A stretch of DNA of 33,217 bases. It comes from an uncultured Mesocricetibacter sp. (GTDB taxonomy: Bacteria > Pseudomonadota > Gammaproteobacteria > Enterobacterales > Pasteurellaceae). The DNA lies in NCBI GenBank assembly GCA_905373425.1, contig CAJPST010000001.1, forward strand, positions 1 to 33,217, written 5' to 3'. Below the pieces are notes generated by a model. The model worked only from the letters and a program-made list of their open reading frames with translations. It had not been told where the DNA came from and searched no databases. Position numbers and translations under genes: made by a program. Shown piece after piece: positions 20,135-31,219 of this stretch (positions within the stretch are counted from its first letter, which is position 1; the number at the start of each line of letters is the position of its first letter).

Positions 20135-21670
20135 ATGACACATGATTTATCCGCGCAACCCTCCGGGGCAGAATATTTGCGCGCTGTATTAAGTTCAAAA
20201 GTGTATGAGGCTGCACAGGTTACGCCGTTGCAGCCAATGTTGAAATTATCCGAGCGATTGGAAAATCACATATGGGTGAAACGGGAAGATCGTCAACCGG
20301 TACATAGTTTTAAACTACGTGGCGCATATGCGATGATCGCAGGGTTAAGTCGTGCGCAAAAAGAAGCGGGAGTGATTGCCGCATCGGCGGGCAATCATGC
20401 GCAGGGCGTAGCCTTATCGGCAAAGAATTTGGGGCTGAAAGCACTGATTGTGATGCCGCAAAATACACCGTCAATTAAAGTGGATGCTGTACGCGGTTTT
20501 GGTGGCGAGGTGTTACTGCATGGCGCTAATTTTGATGAAGCTAAGGCAAAAGCGATTGAGCTGTCTGCAAGTAAGAATATGACCTTTATTCCGCCATTTG
20601 ATCATCCTGCTGTCATTGCTGGGCAAGGCTCGCTTGGCATGGAGATGCTTCAACAGAACAGTCGGATAGACCGGATTTTCGTACCGGTAGGCGGTGGCGG
20701 TTTGATTTCCGGCGTAGCGGTGTTGGTAAAACAGTTATTCCCCGAAATTAAAGTAATCGGCGTTGAAAGTAAGGATTCCGCTTGTCTTTACGCGGCGCTA
20801 AAGGCAGGAAAACCGGTTGATTTGGAACGTGTCGGTTTGTTTGCTGACGGTGTGGCGGTGAAGCGTATTGGCGATGAGACTTTTCGCATATGTAAACAAT
20901 ATGTGGATGATGTAGTACTGGTGGACGGTGATGAGATCTGTGCGGCGATGAAAGATATGTTTGAGAATGTACGTGCAGTGGCGGAACCGTCAGGAGCTCT
21001 GTCTTTAGCAGGGTTGAAGAAATATGTGAAGCAGCACCGGATTAAAGGTGAAACATTAGTTAATATTTTGTCCGGCGCCAATCTTAATTTTCATACCTTG
21101 CGTTATGTATCAGAACGTTGTGAAATTGGTGAAAAGCATGAAGCATTGCTTGCGGTCACTATTCCGGAACAAAAAGGTAGCTTTTTGAAATTCTGCCATA
21201 TTTTAGGTAGTCGAGCGGTGACAGAATTTAATTATCGTTATGCGGATGAAAAACAGGCTTGCATCTTCGTTGGTGTGCGTATCAGCGGTGAAAGTGAGAA
21301 GAATGAGATTATTCGACAGCTACAACAAGGCGGCTATGATGTCATGGATTTATCCAATGATGATGTGGCAAAGAGCCATATTCGTTATATGATCGGCGGA
21401 CGTGCTTCAAGCAATCAAAAAGAGCGGTTGTTTAGTTTTGAGTTTCCGGAGCAAAAAGGAGCGTTATTGAAGTTCCTTGAAACTCTTGGCACCCATTGGA
21501 ATATTTCATTGTTTCACTATCGTGCACACGGAGCCGATTACGGTAACGTACTTGCTGGTTTCCAAACGGATGAGAAGGATTTAGCAAATCTTAACCTTTA
21601 TTTGGAAAAACTCGGCTATGTTTATCAGGATGTGACGCAAAGTCCTGCATATCAGTATTTCTTAGGCTGA
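20135..21670 (+). CDS. ilvA: Biosynthetic threonine ammonia-lyase (threonine dehydratase) IlvA
   Basis: 511-aa ORF with the PLP-Lys motif HSFKLRGA, GGGGLISG and two C-terminal ACT-like regulatory repeats. Confidence 0.96.
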   Translation: MTHDLSAQPSGAEYLRAVLSSKVYEAAQVTPLQPMLKLSERLENHIWVKREDRQPVHSFKLRGAYAMIAGLSRAQKEAGVIAASAGNHAQGVALSAKNLGLKALIVMPQNTPSIKVDAVRGFGGEVLLHGANFDEAKAKAIELSASKNMTFIPPFDHPAVIAGQGSLGMEMLQQNSRIDRIFVPVGGGGLISGVAVLVKQLFPEIKVIGVESKDSACLYAALKAGKPVDLERVGLFADGVAVKRIGDETFRICKQYVDDVVLVDGDEICAAMKDMFENVRAVAEPSGALSLAGLKKYVKQHRIKGETLVNILSGANLNFHTLRYVSERCEIGEKHEALLAVTIPEQKGSFLKFCHILGSRAVTEFNYRYADEKQACIFVGVRISGESEKNEIIRQLQQGGYDVMDLSNDDVAKSHIRYMIGGRASSNQKERLFSFEFPEQKGALLKFLETLGTHWNISLFHYRAHGADYGNVLAGFQTDEKDLANLNLYLEKLGYVYQDVTQSPAYQYFLG

Positions 21671-21682
21671 TTCAGCGCAATT

Positions 21683-21720
21683 AAAAAACCTTCCCTAGTT
21701 TACTTTGGGAAGGTTTTTTT
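21683..21720. terminator. Bidirectional rho-independent terminator
   Basis: AAAAAACCTTCCC (21683..21695) and GGGAAGGTTTTTTT (21707..21720) form the stem. The A-run and T-run flanks suit the convergent ilvA and mscL. Confidence 0.8.
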
Positions 21721-21746
21721 AAGGATATATCCTTATTTTACTAAAA

Positions 21747-22142
21747 TTATTTTTTCAGCAAATCGCGGATTTCTGTCAATAATTTTTCTTCTGCGGAAGG
21801 TTCTGGTACTGCTTCCTCTTTCGGTTGTTCTTTCTTTAATTTATTTAATGCTTTCACCATCATGAAGATTGCAAACGCAATAATAATGAAATCAAATACG
21901 TTTTGAATGAATGCACCGTAGTTCAGCGTGACGGCAGGTGTTTCGCCGACCGCTTGCGCCAGAGTGATTTTTAAATCTTTGAAATCAACACCACCGGTTA
22001 AAATACCTAAGACCGGCATTGCCACATCGCCGACCAATGAGCTGACGATTTTACCAAATGCACCACCGATGATCACACCCACTGCCATATCAACAACATT
22101 ACCGCGCATTGCAAATTCACGGAACTCTTTAATAAAACTCAT
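21747..22142 (-). CDS. mscL: Large-conductance mechanosensitive channel MscL
   Basis: 131-aa [36 protein letters not shown] is a textbook MscL N-terminus. A strong SD (AAGGAG) lies upstream. Confidence 0.96.
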   Translation of the reverse strand: MSFIKEFREFAMRGNVVDMAVGVIIGGAFGKIVSSLVGDVAMPVLGILTGGVDFKDLKITLAQAVGETPAVTLNYGAFIQNVFDFIIIAFAIFMMVKALNKLKKEQPKEEAVPEPSAEEKLLTEIRDLLKK

Positions 22143-22308
22143 AAAGTTACTCCTTATTTAAACGATTGAAAATGAAACTTTTTTCGAATATTTAAATGGC
22201 ATATTAGTAATATCAGGCATCAGAGGCGAAATACCACATAATATGCAAATAAAAAAGCGCCCCTATTATATTTAATTAATTTAATTTGTATAGTTTTTTT
22301 ACAATTCT

Positions 22309-23685
22309 CTAAATGAAAAATGCACTCGGTTGGAATAATTTCTCTATTTCGGGTACTTGTTTTTTATCATTTAAATAAATGACAACATGATCATTTTCTT
22401 CAATAATAATCTGCTTTTTGGCAATAATTACCTCGTTATTACGCAGGATTGCTCCGATAATTGCACTCGGAGGTAAACGTAATTCGCCAATTTTTCGCCC
22501 GATGACATTTGAAGTGGAACTATCACCATGAACAATCACTTCTAGTGCTTCTGCAATTCCATGACGCAGTGATACGACACTGCCAATGTCTCCTTTTCTG
22601 ACATATCCGAGTAGAGCAGAAATCGTTGCTTGTTGTGGAGAGACCGCAATATCAATAGTTCCGCCCTGAATTAAGCTAATGTATGCCATTCGTTGAATTA
22701 GCACCATCGCTTTTTTAGCCCCCAATCGCTTAGCGAGTAACCCCGCCATAATATTGGCTTCGTCATCACTAGTCAGTGAGATAAAAACATCAATTTTTTC
22801 AATGTGTTCTTCAAATAGTAAGGATTGATCGGAAGCATCACCACAGAAGACCAAGGTTTTGGATAGTTGCTCGGCAAGTTGTGTCGCGCGGGCAGAATTA
22901 CGTTCAATAAGCTTAACGGTGCAATTGTCTTCCAATAATTTTGCCACGCCGGCTGCAACATTTCCGCCACCCGCGATCATAATTCGTTTATAAGGCTTTT
23001 CCAGTCTCTGTAACTGGCTCATTATTGCTTTGATATGTATAGTGGCGCAGATAAAAGTTACTTCATCGCCGGCTTCAATAATAGTTGAGCCTTGAGGACG
23101 AATGGCTTTATCTTGCCGTGAAATCGACACAATACGACATTCTATGTGTGGCATATGTTCGCGCAATGCAGAGATAGCATAACCGACTAAAGGACCACCG
23201 TAATAGGCTTTACATACAACAAGGCTAATCTGTTTATCGGCAAAATGTCCGACTTGCAATGCCCCGGAATAATTAATTAAGCGTACAATGTCTTCGGTGA
23301 CCAATTTCTCCGGTGAAATAATATGGTCTATGGGGATTACATCCGGATTGAACAGTTTATCTTTTTCACGTAAATATTCGGCATTGCGAATCCGCGCAAT
23401 TTTAGTCGGCACATTAAATAAGGTGTAGGCAATTTGGCACGCCACCATATTGATTTCGTCGGAACTGGTAACCGCCACCAACAAATCAGCGTCGAGCGCA
23501 TCAGCTTCTCGTAGAGTTTTTGGCGATGATGCTGAACCTGTGACCACGCGTAAATCATGCTTATCCTGCAGTGTCGACAAACGAGCCAACTCATTGTCAA
23601 CTAATGTAATATCGTTATCTTCGCTGACCAGGCTTTCCGCTAAGGTTATGCCGACTTGTCCCGCGCCAAGAATAATTATTTTCAC
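22309..23685 (-). CDS. trkA: Trk potassium uptake system NAD-binding component TrkA
   Basis: 458-aa ORF with two RCK/Rossmann repeats ([12 protein letters not shown] and [12 protein letters not shown]). The trkA-mscL neighbourhood is as in E. coli. Confidence 0.95.
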   Translation of the reverse strand: MKIIILGAGQVGITLAESLVSEDNDITLVDNELARLSTLQDKHDLRVVTGSASSPKTLREADALDADLLVAVTSSDEINMVACQIAYTLFNVPTKIARIRNAEYLREKDKLFNPDVIPIDHIISPEKLVTEDIVRLINYSGALQVGHFADKQISLVVCKAYYGGPLVGYAISALREHMPHIECRIVSISRQDKAIRPQGSTIIEAGDEVTFICATIHIKAIMSQLQRLEKPYKRIMIAGGGNVAAGVAKLLEDNCTVKLIERNSARATQLAEQLSKTLVFCGDASDQSLLFEEHIEKIDVFISLTSDDEANIMAGLLAKRLGAKKAMVLIQRMAYISLIQGGTIDIAVSPQQATISALLGYVRKGDIGSVVSLRHGIAEALEVIVHGDSSTSNVIGRKIGELRLPPSAIIGAILRNNEVIIAKKQIIIEENDHVVIYLNDKKQVPEIEKLFQPSAFFI

Positions 23686-23816
23686 TGTAATGTCCTTTTT
23701 GTATCATCAATCAACCTTGTTTTTAACCAAATATGCCGAATGTTGAAACTCTTGATGCTTTGGCAAAAACGGAAAAACGTCATTGGGTTGAGTGAAAAAT
23801 TATAGCCTGAAATGAA

Positions 23817-23874
23817 AAAAGTGCGGTCATTTTTTTACTATTTTCAAAAGTTGAAAAATATTGACCGCACTTTA
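23817..23874 (-). terminator. Terminator formed by an inverted USS pair (serves the OPT transporter gene)
   Basis: AAAGTGCGGTCA and TGACCGCACTTT arms (USS cores at 23819..23827 and 23864..23872) flank a long loop. On the minus strand the stem is followed by a T-run. Confidence 0.6.
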
Positions 23875-23898
23875 TCGAATTATTGGACAGAAATCAGG

Positions 23899-25899
23899 CT
23901 ATTTTTTAGCTTTCAGCACGCGCAAGGCAAAAATACCTGCTCCGGTTGAGAACACCAGTAAGCCGATTATTTCGGCAGCACTTCCCCAGTTTTCTAACTC
24001 TAATGCTAACGGAGCGTCGGAACCACCGGAGGTAACCGATGCGGCAATGATGAAAGCTAGTAGAACACCGATAAGGCTTTCGCCAACGATTAAACCGGCG
24101 GCAAATAGCGTGCCGTAACGTTCCGCTTTTTTCTTCAGTTCTTCTTTATCTTTTCCATTACGGATAGCGTAATTTTCGATGTGGCGGTTAATCAGCCAGG
24201 ACAGTGTTGCACCAATTATGAGCGGTGCATTGATTGTCGGTGGCAGATAGATGCCCATACCAACGGCAAGAGCCGGTAATGCAAAGCGATTAGCGGAAGA
24301 TTTTTTCAGTACGGAATCAATGATAATTAAGACTACTCCTAAACCGATACCGAAGAAAATATAGCTCCATTCAAGATTGCCGGAGAAGATACCGTTTGCA
24401 ATAGTCATCATCAATGTTGCCTGTGGTGCGGAAAGTGCCTGTGACGGATCCATCGTGTCACGTGGCATAGCTCCTGCGAAACCGTACGCGTGATAGAGAA
24501 TTTCCAATACAGGAGCAATTACGAATGCACCGACGACAACACCGATAATTAAGGCAAATTGTTGGCGCCAAGGCGTAGCTTCCACCAGATAACCGGTTTT
24601 CAGGTCTTGCAGGTTGTCATTAGAAATAGCCGCAATACAAATCACGATAGAGCCGGTAAAAATGGTTAATGCAGTAAGGAATTTTTGTCCTTCTTGCGTA
24701 TCCAGCAAGCCCGTGCTGTTGCCGATTATCATTAAAACTAATGATGTGATCACAATAGAGATGATACCGATACCTGAAATCGGGCTAGAGGAAGAACCTA
24801 CTAAACCTGCCATATAACCGCACGCAGCTGCAATAAAGAACCCAATGATTGCGGCGAGCAGAGTACATACGGCAATCAGAATAACTGCGACACCAGGTTC
24901 GATAGTCACAGGTTGTAGGAAGCTATAAAGCGCAAGCACAATTAATACGGTGCTGATTAACACGGTATAAATCATGGTCTTAGGTGATAAATCCTGAGAA
25001 GTGTGGTCGTTTTTCGGCGCGTTTGGATCTTTTAGTGCGCGGAGAGATTGTGCCATTCCTTGTAACATCGGTTTCATCAGAATCAACAGCGTCCAAATCG
25101 CCGCCACACCGATAGTGCCTACACCAATAAAGCGCACTTTAGTTCGCCAAATATTGCTGGCGTAAGCAATCATATCACCGTCAACAGGCATAGGTGCAGA
25201 AGCGGTAAAATATGGCACGGCGATGCTCCAAGCGAAGAAAGTGCCAAGCAAAATGGCTAAGCCGCCAATCATTCCGACCAAATAACCTGCACCTAATAAT
25301 GCCAAGGAAAAACCCATTGGCACTTGGAAAATTGCATTGCCCCCTTTAAACCATAAACTTGCACTATCGGCAATCACGCGAAGTCCGTTGGTTAAAAAAC
25401 CGACTGTGGCAGCAATCACGCCGCCTGTAGCAATTTCTTTAATTCCTGTTCCGGCCCCGTGATCGTTTCCAGCTTTAAGAATTTCTGCGGCCGCGACGCC
25501 TTCAGGATAAGGCAAATCGCTTTTGACCACCATCACATGGCGTAGAGGAACAGTAAAAATTACTCCTAAAATTCCCCCTGCGGTACAAATCAATAATGTT
25601 TGCCAGAATGGAAAACCTTGCCAGTAACCCATCATTAGCATCGCCGGTAATACGAAAATAACGGAAGATAATGTTCCGGCAGATGAGGCTTGCGTTTGCA
25701 CCATATTGTTTTCAAGGATATTAGAACCTGGAAACATTTTTAGCACAGCCATAGAAATCACGGCAGCAGGAATTGACGAAGCAAAAGTAAGCCCGACCTT
25801 TAATCCTAAATACACGTTCGATGCGGTGAAGAGTACCGTAATCAACGCCCCCAATAACATTCCGCGGAATGTGAGTTCTTTTAATGTGGATTGATTCAT
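23899..25899 (-). CDS. OPT-family oligopeptide transporter
   Basis: 666-aa polytopic membrane protein. The N-terminus ELTFRGMLLGALITVLFTASNVYLGLKVGLTFASSIPAAVISMAVL is typical of bacterial OPT superfamily members. Confidence 0.88.
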   Translation of the reverse strand: MNQSTLKELTFRGMLLGALITVLFTASNVYLGLKVGLTFASSIPAAVISMAVLKMFPGSNILENNMVQTQASSAGTLSSVIFVLPAMLMMGYWQGFPFWQTLLICTAGGILGVIFTVPLRHVMVVKSDLPYPEGVAAAEILKAGNDHGAGTGIKEIATGGVIAATVGFLTNGLRVIADSASLWFKGGNAIFQVPMGFSLALLGAGYLVGMIGGLAILLGTFFAWSIAVPYFTASAPMPVDGDMIAYASNIWRTKVRFIGVGTIGVAAIWTLLILMKPMLQGMAQSLRALKDPNAPKNDHTSQDLSPKTMIYTVLISTVLIVLALYSFLQPVTIEPGVAVILIAVCTLLAAIIGFFIAAACGYMAGLVGSSSSPISGIGIISIVITSLVLMIIGNSTGLLDTQEGQKFLTALTIFTGSIVICIAAISNDNLQDLKTGYLVEATPWRQQFALIIGVVVGAFVIAPVLEILYHAYGFAGAMPRDTMDPSQALSAPQATLMMTIANGIFSGNLEWSYIFFGIGLGVVLIIIDSVLKKSSANRFALPALAVGMGIYLPPTINAPLIIGATLSWLINRHIENYAIRNGKDKEELKKKAERYGTLFAAGLIVGESLIGVLLAFIIAASVTSGGSDAPLALELENWGSAAEIIGLLVFSTGAGIFALRVLKAKK

Positions 25900-26216
25900 C
25901 TTTTAAATACCTTTTTATCGTTATAAATCAGTTTTATTCTACATGAAATTTCAATATATCTAACAACAAAACACATAAAAATGAAAAAATACTACATTTA
26001 AGGGTAAAAAGTTAGAGAAATTATTAGAATATGTCGCTAATTTTGAAAATTCTAAAAATTTCCTTATAGAGCAGATAAACCAAGGATAGATAAGCTCCGC
26101 ATGATGACAAGGATAACTTTGTCAATCGTACTTTGATAGCAGTTCAAAATTCGAGTGAAAAATCACGGTTGTCATCATGGGAAGAGTTGAATTGTGATAT
26201 CGTTAGACAAATGGCA

Positions 26217-27574
<1,358 letters not shown>

Positions 27575-28126
27575 TTACCCTGACCTTAAAACCTGTTGTG
27601 TGAAAAGATCCCGAATTTCTGAAGGTTTATTGGCACTACCTACACACATATCCAGTACGGGAAAATTTAGCCCAAATTGCGACCGCACTTCGTCGGCGGT
27701 TTGGCATGGTAGCGCTCCGCTTAAATTGGCACTGGTGGAAGTGAGCGCGAATCCTGTTTGTTCGCATAACATTTGCACGGCCGGATGACGGCATAGGCGC
27801 ACGGCTATACTGTTAAACCGCCCGGTAAGAAATGTCGGCACCTCTGAATGAGCCGGCACAACCCAAGTGATAGGACGTTCGTATTGTACTTGTAGTCGTT
27901 GCCAGTGCTCGCTTTGTAACTTGCTTTCATCAATAAACGGCAATAAAAACTTCAACTCGGGTGCGACTAAAATCAGTCCTTTTTCTAATGGACGTTGTTT
28001 TAAAATCAGCAGATTTTCCACCGCACTTTGGCTGAACGGATTACAGCCCAATCCAAACACAGCTTCTGTCGGATAAGCGACCACTTGATTTTGTTTTAGT
28101 TTTTCGACAATTTCGGTTAGCTTCAT
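27575..28126 (-). CDS. tsaC: L-threonylcarbamoyladenylate synthase TsaC (YrdC)
   Basis: 183-aa ORF with [28 protein letters not shown] and TSTSANLSG. Confidence 0.92.
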   Translation of the reverse strand: MKLTEIVEKLKQNQVVAYPTEAVFGLGCNPFSQSAVENLLILKQRPLEKGLILVAPELKFLLPFIDESKLQSEHWQRLQVQYERPITWVVPAHSEVPTFLTGRFNSIAVRLCRHPAVQMLCEQTGFALTSTSANLSGALPCQTADEVRSQFGLNFPVLDMCVGSANKPSEIRDLFTQQVLRSG

Positions 28127-28671
28127 GATTCTATTTCAAAGATATGCCGACAGCTTTTATTGGCGCAGATAAAAGTGCGGTCGTTTTTTGCGTTGTTTTT
28201 TAAATGACTTAGCGGATAGCCACATTGGGGGCAAGGTATAGCATGAGGTTCTTGTGGCAAAGTGAATTTACACTGCGGGTAACGGTTGCAACCGTAAAAA
28301 TATTTACCCTGTCGCCCGCGTCGCGCCACCAGCTCACCCTGACCGCATTCGGGGCAGGGCAGGCTTTCCCCTGCGGTTTCGACTTCTTCATGCACAATGA
28401 AATGACAGGCAGGGTAGTTGCTACAACCGATAAACATACCAAAATTCCCTTGTTTTAATAACAAGTTATGTCCGCATTGCGGGCAGGTTTGTTCCAGTTC
28501 TTTGATAATTTTGGTTTCTTGTTGTGGTTGCAATGGTTTTAAATAGTCGCAGGCAGGATAGGCGGAACAACCTAAAAATAAGCCGCTTTTACCCTGCCGA
28601 ATTTGCAAGGTCGAACCGCATTGTGGGCAGTGTTCTTGTCGTTTACGGTGTTGAAACAACGGCGTATTCAT
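28123..28671 (-). CDS. yrdD: DNA topoisomerase-family zinc-ribbon protein YrdD
   Basis: 182-aa ORF with four repeats of the CPxCG...GCSxYPxC zinc-ribbon module seen in the TopA C-terminal domain. It overlaps tsaC by 4 nt (ATGA). The yrdD-tsaC-aroE order is as in E. coli. Confidence 0.85.
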   Translation of the reverse strand: MNTPLFQHRKRQEHCPQCGSTLQIRQGKSGLFLGCSAYPACDYLKPLQPQQETKIIKELEQTCPQCGHNLLLKQGNFGMFIGCSNYPACHFIVHEEVETAGESLPCPECGQGELVARRGRQGKYFYGCNRYPQCKFTLPQEPHAIPCPQCGYPLSHLKNNAKNDRTFICANKSCRHIFEIES

Positions 28672-28795
28672 GATGATTTTCCCTTCGCGGAATATAGCTT
28701 GGAGGAATAAATTAAGGCGGTTGATGTATCGGAAACATTACTCCAAATACTTCAACCTGCCGTTAAAATATGCTAAAGAGCGGTCGGTTTTCGAG

Positions 28796-29458
28796 CTATT
28801 TTGCCACGCTGTTTACTTTAGGTAAGCGGGGACCATGCAATAAGCCACCTCGGTCACCTGAGTGAAAGAGCCCGTAAACTGCCGGTGCAGCGATCGTATA
28901 GCCTTTGTCATTAACGGTATTAACAGCTTGACTGACTGCGGTAATAAGGATTTGCGCCAACCCGTTGTTGGAGTTGACATTATTTCCTTCAGTTGCTAAA
29001 TATTGCCCTTCCCATAAGGTCTTGCCATTACGTAAATCTACCTGTTTACCTTTCACTTCAACCGTCGTGATGCTATCAAACACCCGGTAGCTGGAGCCAT
29101 ATTGTACGACATCAAGGTACATAATACTGTCGGCACCGAAAATCTCGCGGATCTTTTTAATGCTGGCGGACTGGATCGCGTTGCCATCGGTCAATCCGTT
29201 TTGTTTAAAGGTTTCATCCACTAACGCCACCGGATAGACATAATATCCCAATTCTGCCAATGGAACCGTAGCTCTTGCCAGCACACTTGTGCTGCCTTTA
29301 ACATCCGGGGAACTGTTGGTCGGCATAACAACTAAAATAGACTTTGGCTTACTTTCTATTAACGCCGAATAATCGTAAGGTTCAGAGCGCTTTTGTACAC
29401 AGCCCGTAAGCAACAAAATAAACGCGACCGAGAATAAAATACTTAATTTTTTCATCAT
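28796..29458 (-). CDS. DUF799 / GNA1162-like lipoprotein
   Basis: 220-aa ORF. The signal peptide carries a lipobox (LLLTG-C). KSILVVMPTNSS...VPLAELGYYVYPVALVDETFKQNG is typical of the GNA1162-like family. It is the third gene of the lipoprotein operon, and GGAGAAAG lies upstream. Confidence 0.82.
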   Translation of the reverse strand: MMKKLSILFSVAFILLLTGCVQKRSEPYDYSALIESKPKSILVVMPTNSSPDVKGSTSVLARATVPLAELGYYVYPVALVDETFKQNGLTDGNAIQSASIKKIREIFGADSIMYLDVVQYGSSYRVFDSITTVEVKGKQVDLRNGKTLWEGQYLATEGNNVNSNNGLAQILITAVSQAVNTVNDKGYTIAAPAVYGLFHSGDRGGLLHGPRLPKVNSVAK

Positions 29459-29476
29459 CTTTCTCCGTTTATTCTG

Positions 29477-29830
29477 TTATTTCTTGGTTTTCTGTAAAAA
29501 TTGCATAAACACGCCGGATTCCGGATATAGTGTCTGTTCTTGACGGAAGGACTCGCGCGCTTCGGCGTTTTTACCTTGTTTTAACTGCACCAGACCAAGT
29601 TGGCCGTATACCCCCGGACCGACCTGTTTGCCGCTTTCTTTTGCCTCCGCAATAATTTGCAACAACGCCGCCTCCTGTTTAGCGTAATCGCCATTTTCTT
29701 CATAATAACTGTACACCACATCGGTGTAATTGCCCCAATAATATAACCCGTGATCACTGCGGTTGCTACCACAGGCCGAGAGCAATAATACTGCGCATAT
29801 TGATACGCCGCATTTTAAATTTAATTTCAT
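29477..29830 (-). CDS. DUF4810-like small lipoprotein
   Basis: 117-aa ORF with a lipobox (LLLSA-C). The LYYWGNYTDVVYSYY motif and a TPR-like helical remainder are typical of the family that accompanies CsgG-like/DUF799 genes. AAGGAA lies upstream. Confidence 0.8.
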   Translation of the reverse strand: MKLNLKCGVSICAVLLLSACGSNRSDHGLYYWGNYTDVVYSYYEENGDYAKQEAALLQIIAEAKESGKQVGPGVYGQLGLVQLKQGKNAEARESFRQEQTLYPESGVFMQFLQKTKK

Positions 29831-29853
29831 AATCGGTTCCTTAACTTGCTAAT

Positions 29854-30528
29854 TTAGCGAGATGGCGTCCATTGACCTGATTCAATGCCGGTTACCAAAC
29901 GATTAACTGCTTCTCGGATAGCCAGATCCAAGACTTTTCCATTTAATGTGGCATCATAGCCTGCTGTACCGCCGAAACCTAACACTTCACGATTAGAGAG
30001 ATTGTATTCGCCCGCCCCTTGTACGGAATAAACCACCTCGGAAGTATTCACATTCACCACGTTCAGTGTCACCTTAGCGTAAGCGATTTGGTTTTTACCG
30101 CGTCCTAAAATACCGAATAATTGATGGTCTCCCACTGTTTTGCGCCCGAATTCGGTGACATCGCCGGTGACAATATAAGTTGCCCCTTTTAGCTTCTGTT
30201 GTTGGCCTTTGATTTTCGCTTCTGCTGCAGTTTCGCTCATATTAGTGCGATCCAGTACGCTGAAACGTCCGGTTTGTTGTAAATGCGACATTAAAATAGT
30301 TTTTGATTGATTTCCCAAACGATCTTCACCGTCAGAGAAAATACCGTTTTGGTAACTGGACTTATTGTCGAATTTACCTACCGCAATAGCAGATTTCGCT
30401 CCCCGATAGGTTGCAGCGGTTGCGGAAGCATCGGTTTTGGTTGGTTCGATGGCGCGTGAACCTTCAGTGGCACAACCGGTTGACAATAATACGCCGGCAC
30501 ATAAGGTGGCAAACATCAGTTTTTTCAT
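29854..30528 (-). CDS. CsgG-family (curli secretion channel-like) outer-membrane lipoprotein
   Basis: 224-aa ORF with a signal peptide and lipobox-like LLSTG-C. CsgG-family segments are IAVGKFDNKS, RFSVLDR, TYIVTGDVTEF and LDLAIREAVNRLV. It is shorter than E. coli CsgG. Confidence 0.82.
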   Translation of the reverse strand: MKKLMFATLCAGVLLSTGCATEGSRAIEPTKTDASATAATYRGAKSAIAVGKFDNKSSYQNGIFSDGEDRLGNQSKTILMSHLQQTGRFSVLDRTNMSETAAEAKIKGQQQKLKGATYIVTGDVTEFGRKTVGDHQLFGILGRGKNQIAYAKVTLNVVNVNTSEVVYSVQGAGEYNLSNREVLGFGGTAGYDATLNGKVLDLAIREAVNRLVTGIESGQWTPSR

Positions 30529-30594
30529 ATTTGTAACTCCTGAGCAATAAAAATAATCAAGACATTTTATGCTAATTCTAAGCTTTTTAAAACA

Positions 30595-30621
30595 TGAATA
30601 GAATCTTATAAATTCTATTCA
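30595..30621 (-). terminator. AT-rich hairpin after the 156-aa ORF (weak terminator or attenuator candidate)
   Basis: TGAATAGAAT (30595..30604) and ATTCTATTCA (30612..30621) form a perfect 10-bp stem with a 7-nt loop. On the minus strand it is followed by TGTTTT. Confidence 0.35.
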
Positions 30622-30628
30622 ACCCCAT

Positions 30629-31099
30629 TTAACTACTGGGTTCAATCTGTTTAGGTTTTCTACCGAAAACGGCAAATAATGCCCAAAAAGAGAGGAGTGA
30701 ACAAGCAAAGAAAACGGCTGCCATTGCATATTCCATAAAACTGTCATCTTCGGGATCAAGTCTTTTTATTATCTGCGGTTCAGCCACCAAATATTGCCGT
30801 TTTATGCTGCCACCGGTCATTAAAATATCACGTTCCGCGGTATTGACCGGATATGCTTTTAACACAATAGGACGATTTCCTTCTGCCATAAATTGAACAT
30901 CGCCTCGATGCCACTTGCCCGATTTGCCGACTGTTTCAAAATGAGCCGGCCGGCCGGCAGCATAGACATCTGCAATTTCTGCCGGCTCATTGGCAAAGCG
31001 CGCCAGTTCATTCCCTTTTTGTATGAAATAAAAAGCGGCAAACCATAGAAATATAGCTATTGAGAGAGCAAAAGTAATAAAAAGAATTTTCTTGAGCAT
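30629..31099 (-). CDS. Hypothetical membrane protein (N- and C-terminal TM segments flanking a soluble domain)
   Basis: 156-aa ORF. ILFITFALSIAIFLWFAAFYFI lies at the N-terminus and AMAAVFFACSLLSFWALFAVF near the C-terminus. I recognise no catalytic motif. Confidence 0.65.
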   Translation of the reverse strand: MLKKILFITFALSIAIFLWFAAFYFIQKGNELARFANEPAEIADVYAAGRPAHFETVGKSGKWHRGDVQFMAEGNRPIVLKAYPVNTAERDILMTGGSIKRQYLVAEPQIIKRLDPEDDSFMEYAMAAVFFACSLLSFWALFAVFGRKPKQIEPSS

Positions 31100-31219
31100 G
31101 GGTTTTTAAACAAATGAAATGGATTTGAGAAAATAATACCTTATTTCTTTGAAATTAAAATCCCTTAAAACAGGCAAAATTTGCGTTATACTCATTTTTA
31201 AATCAACAAAGGAATTATT

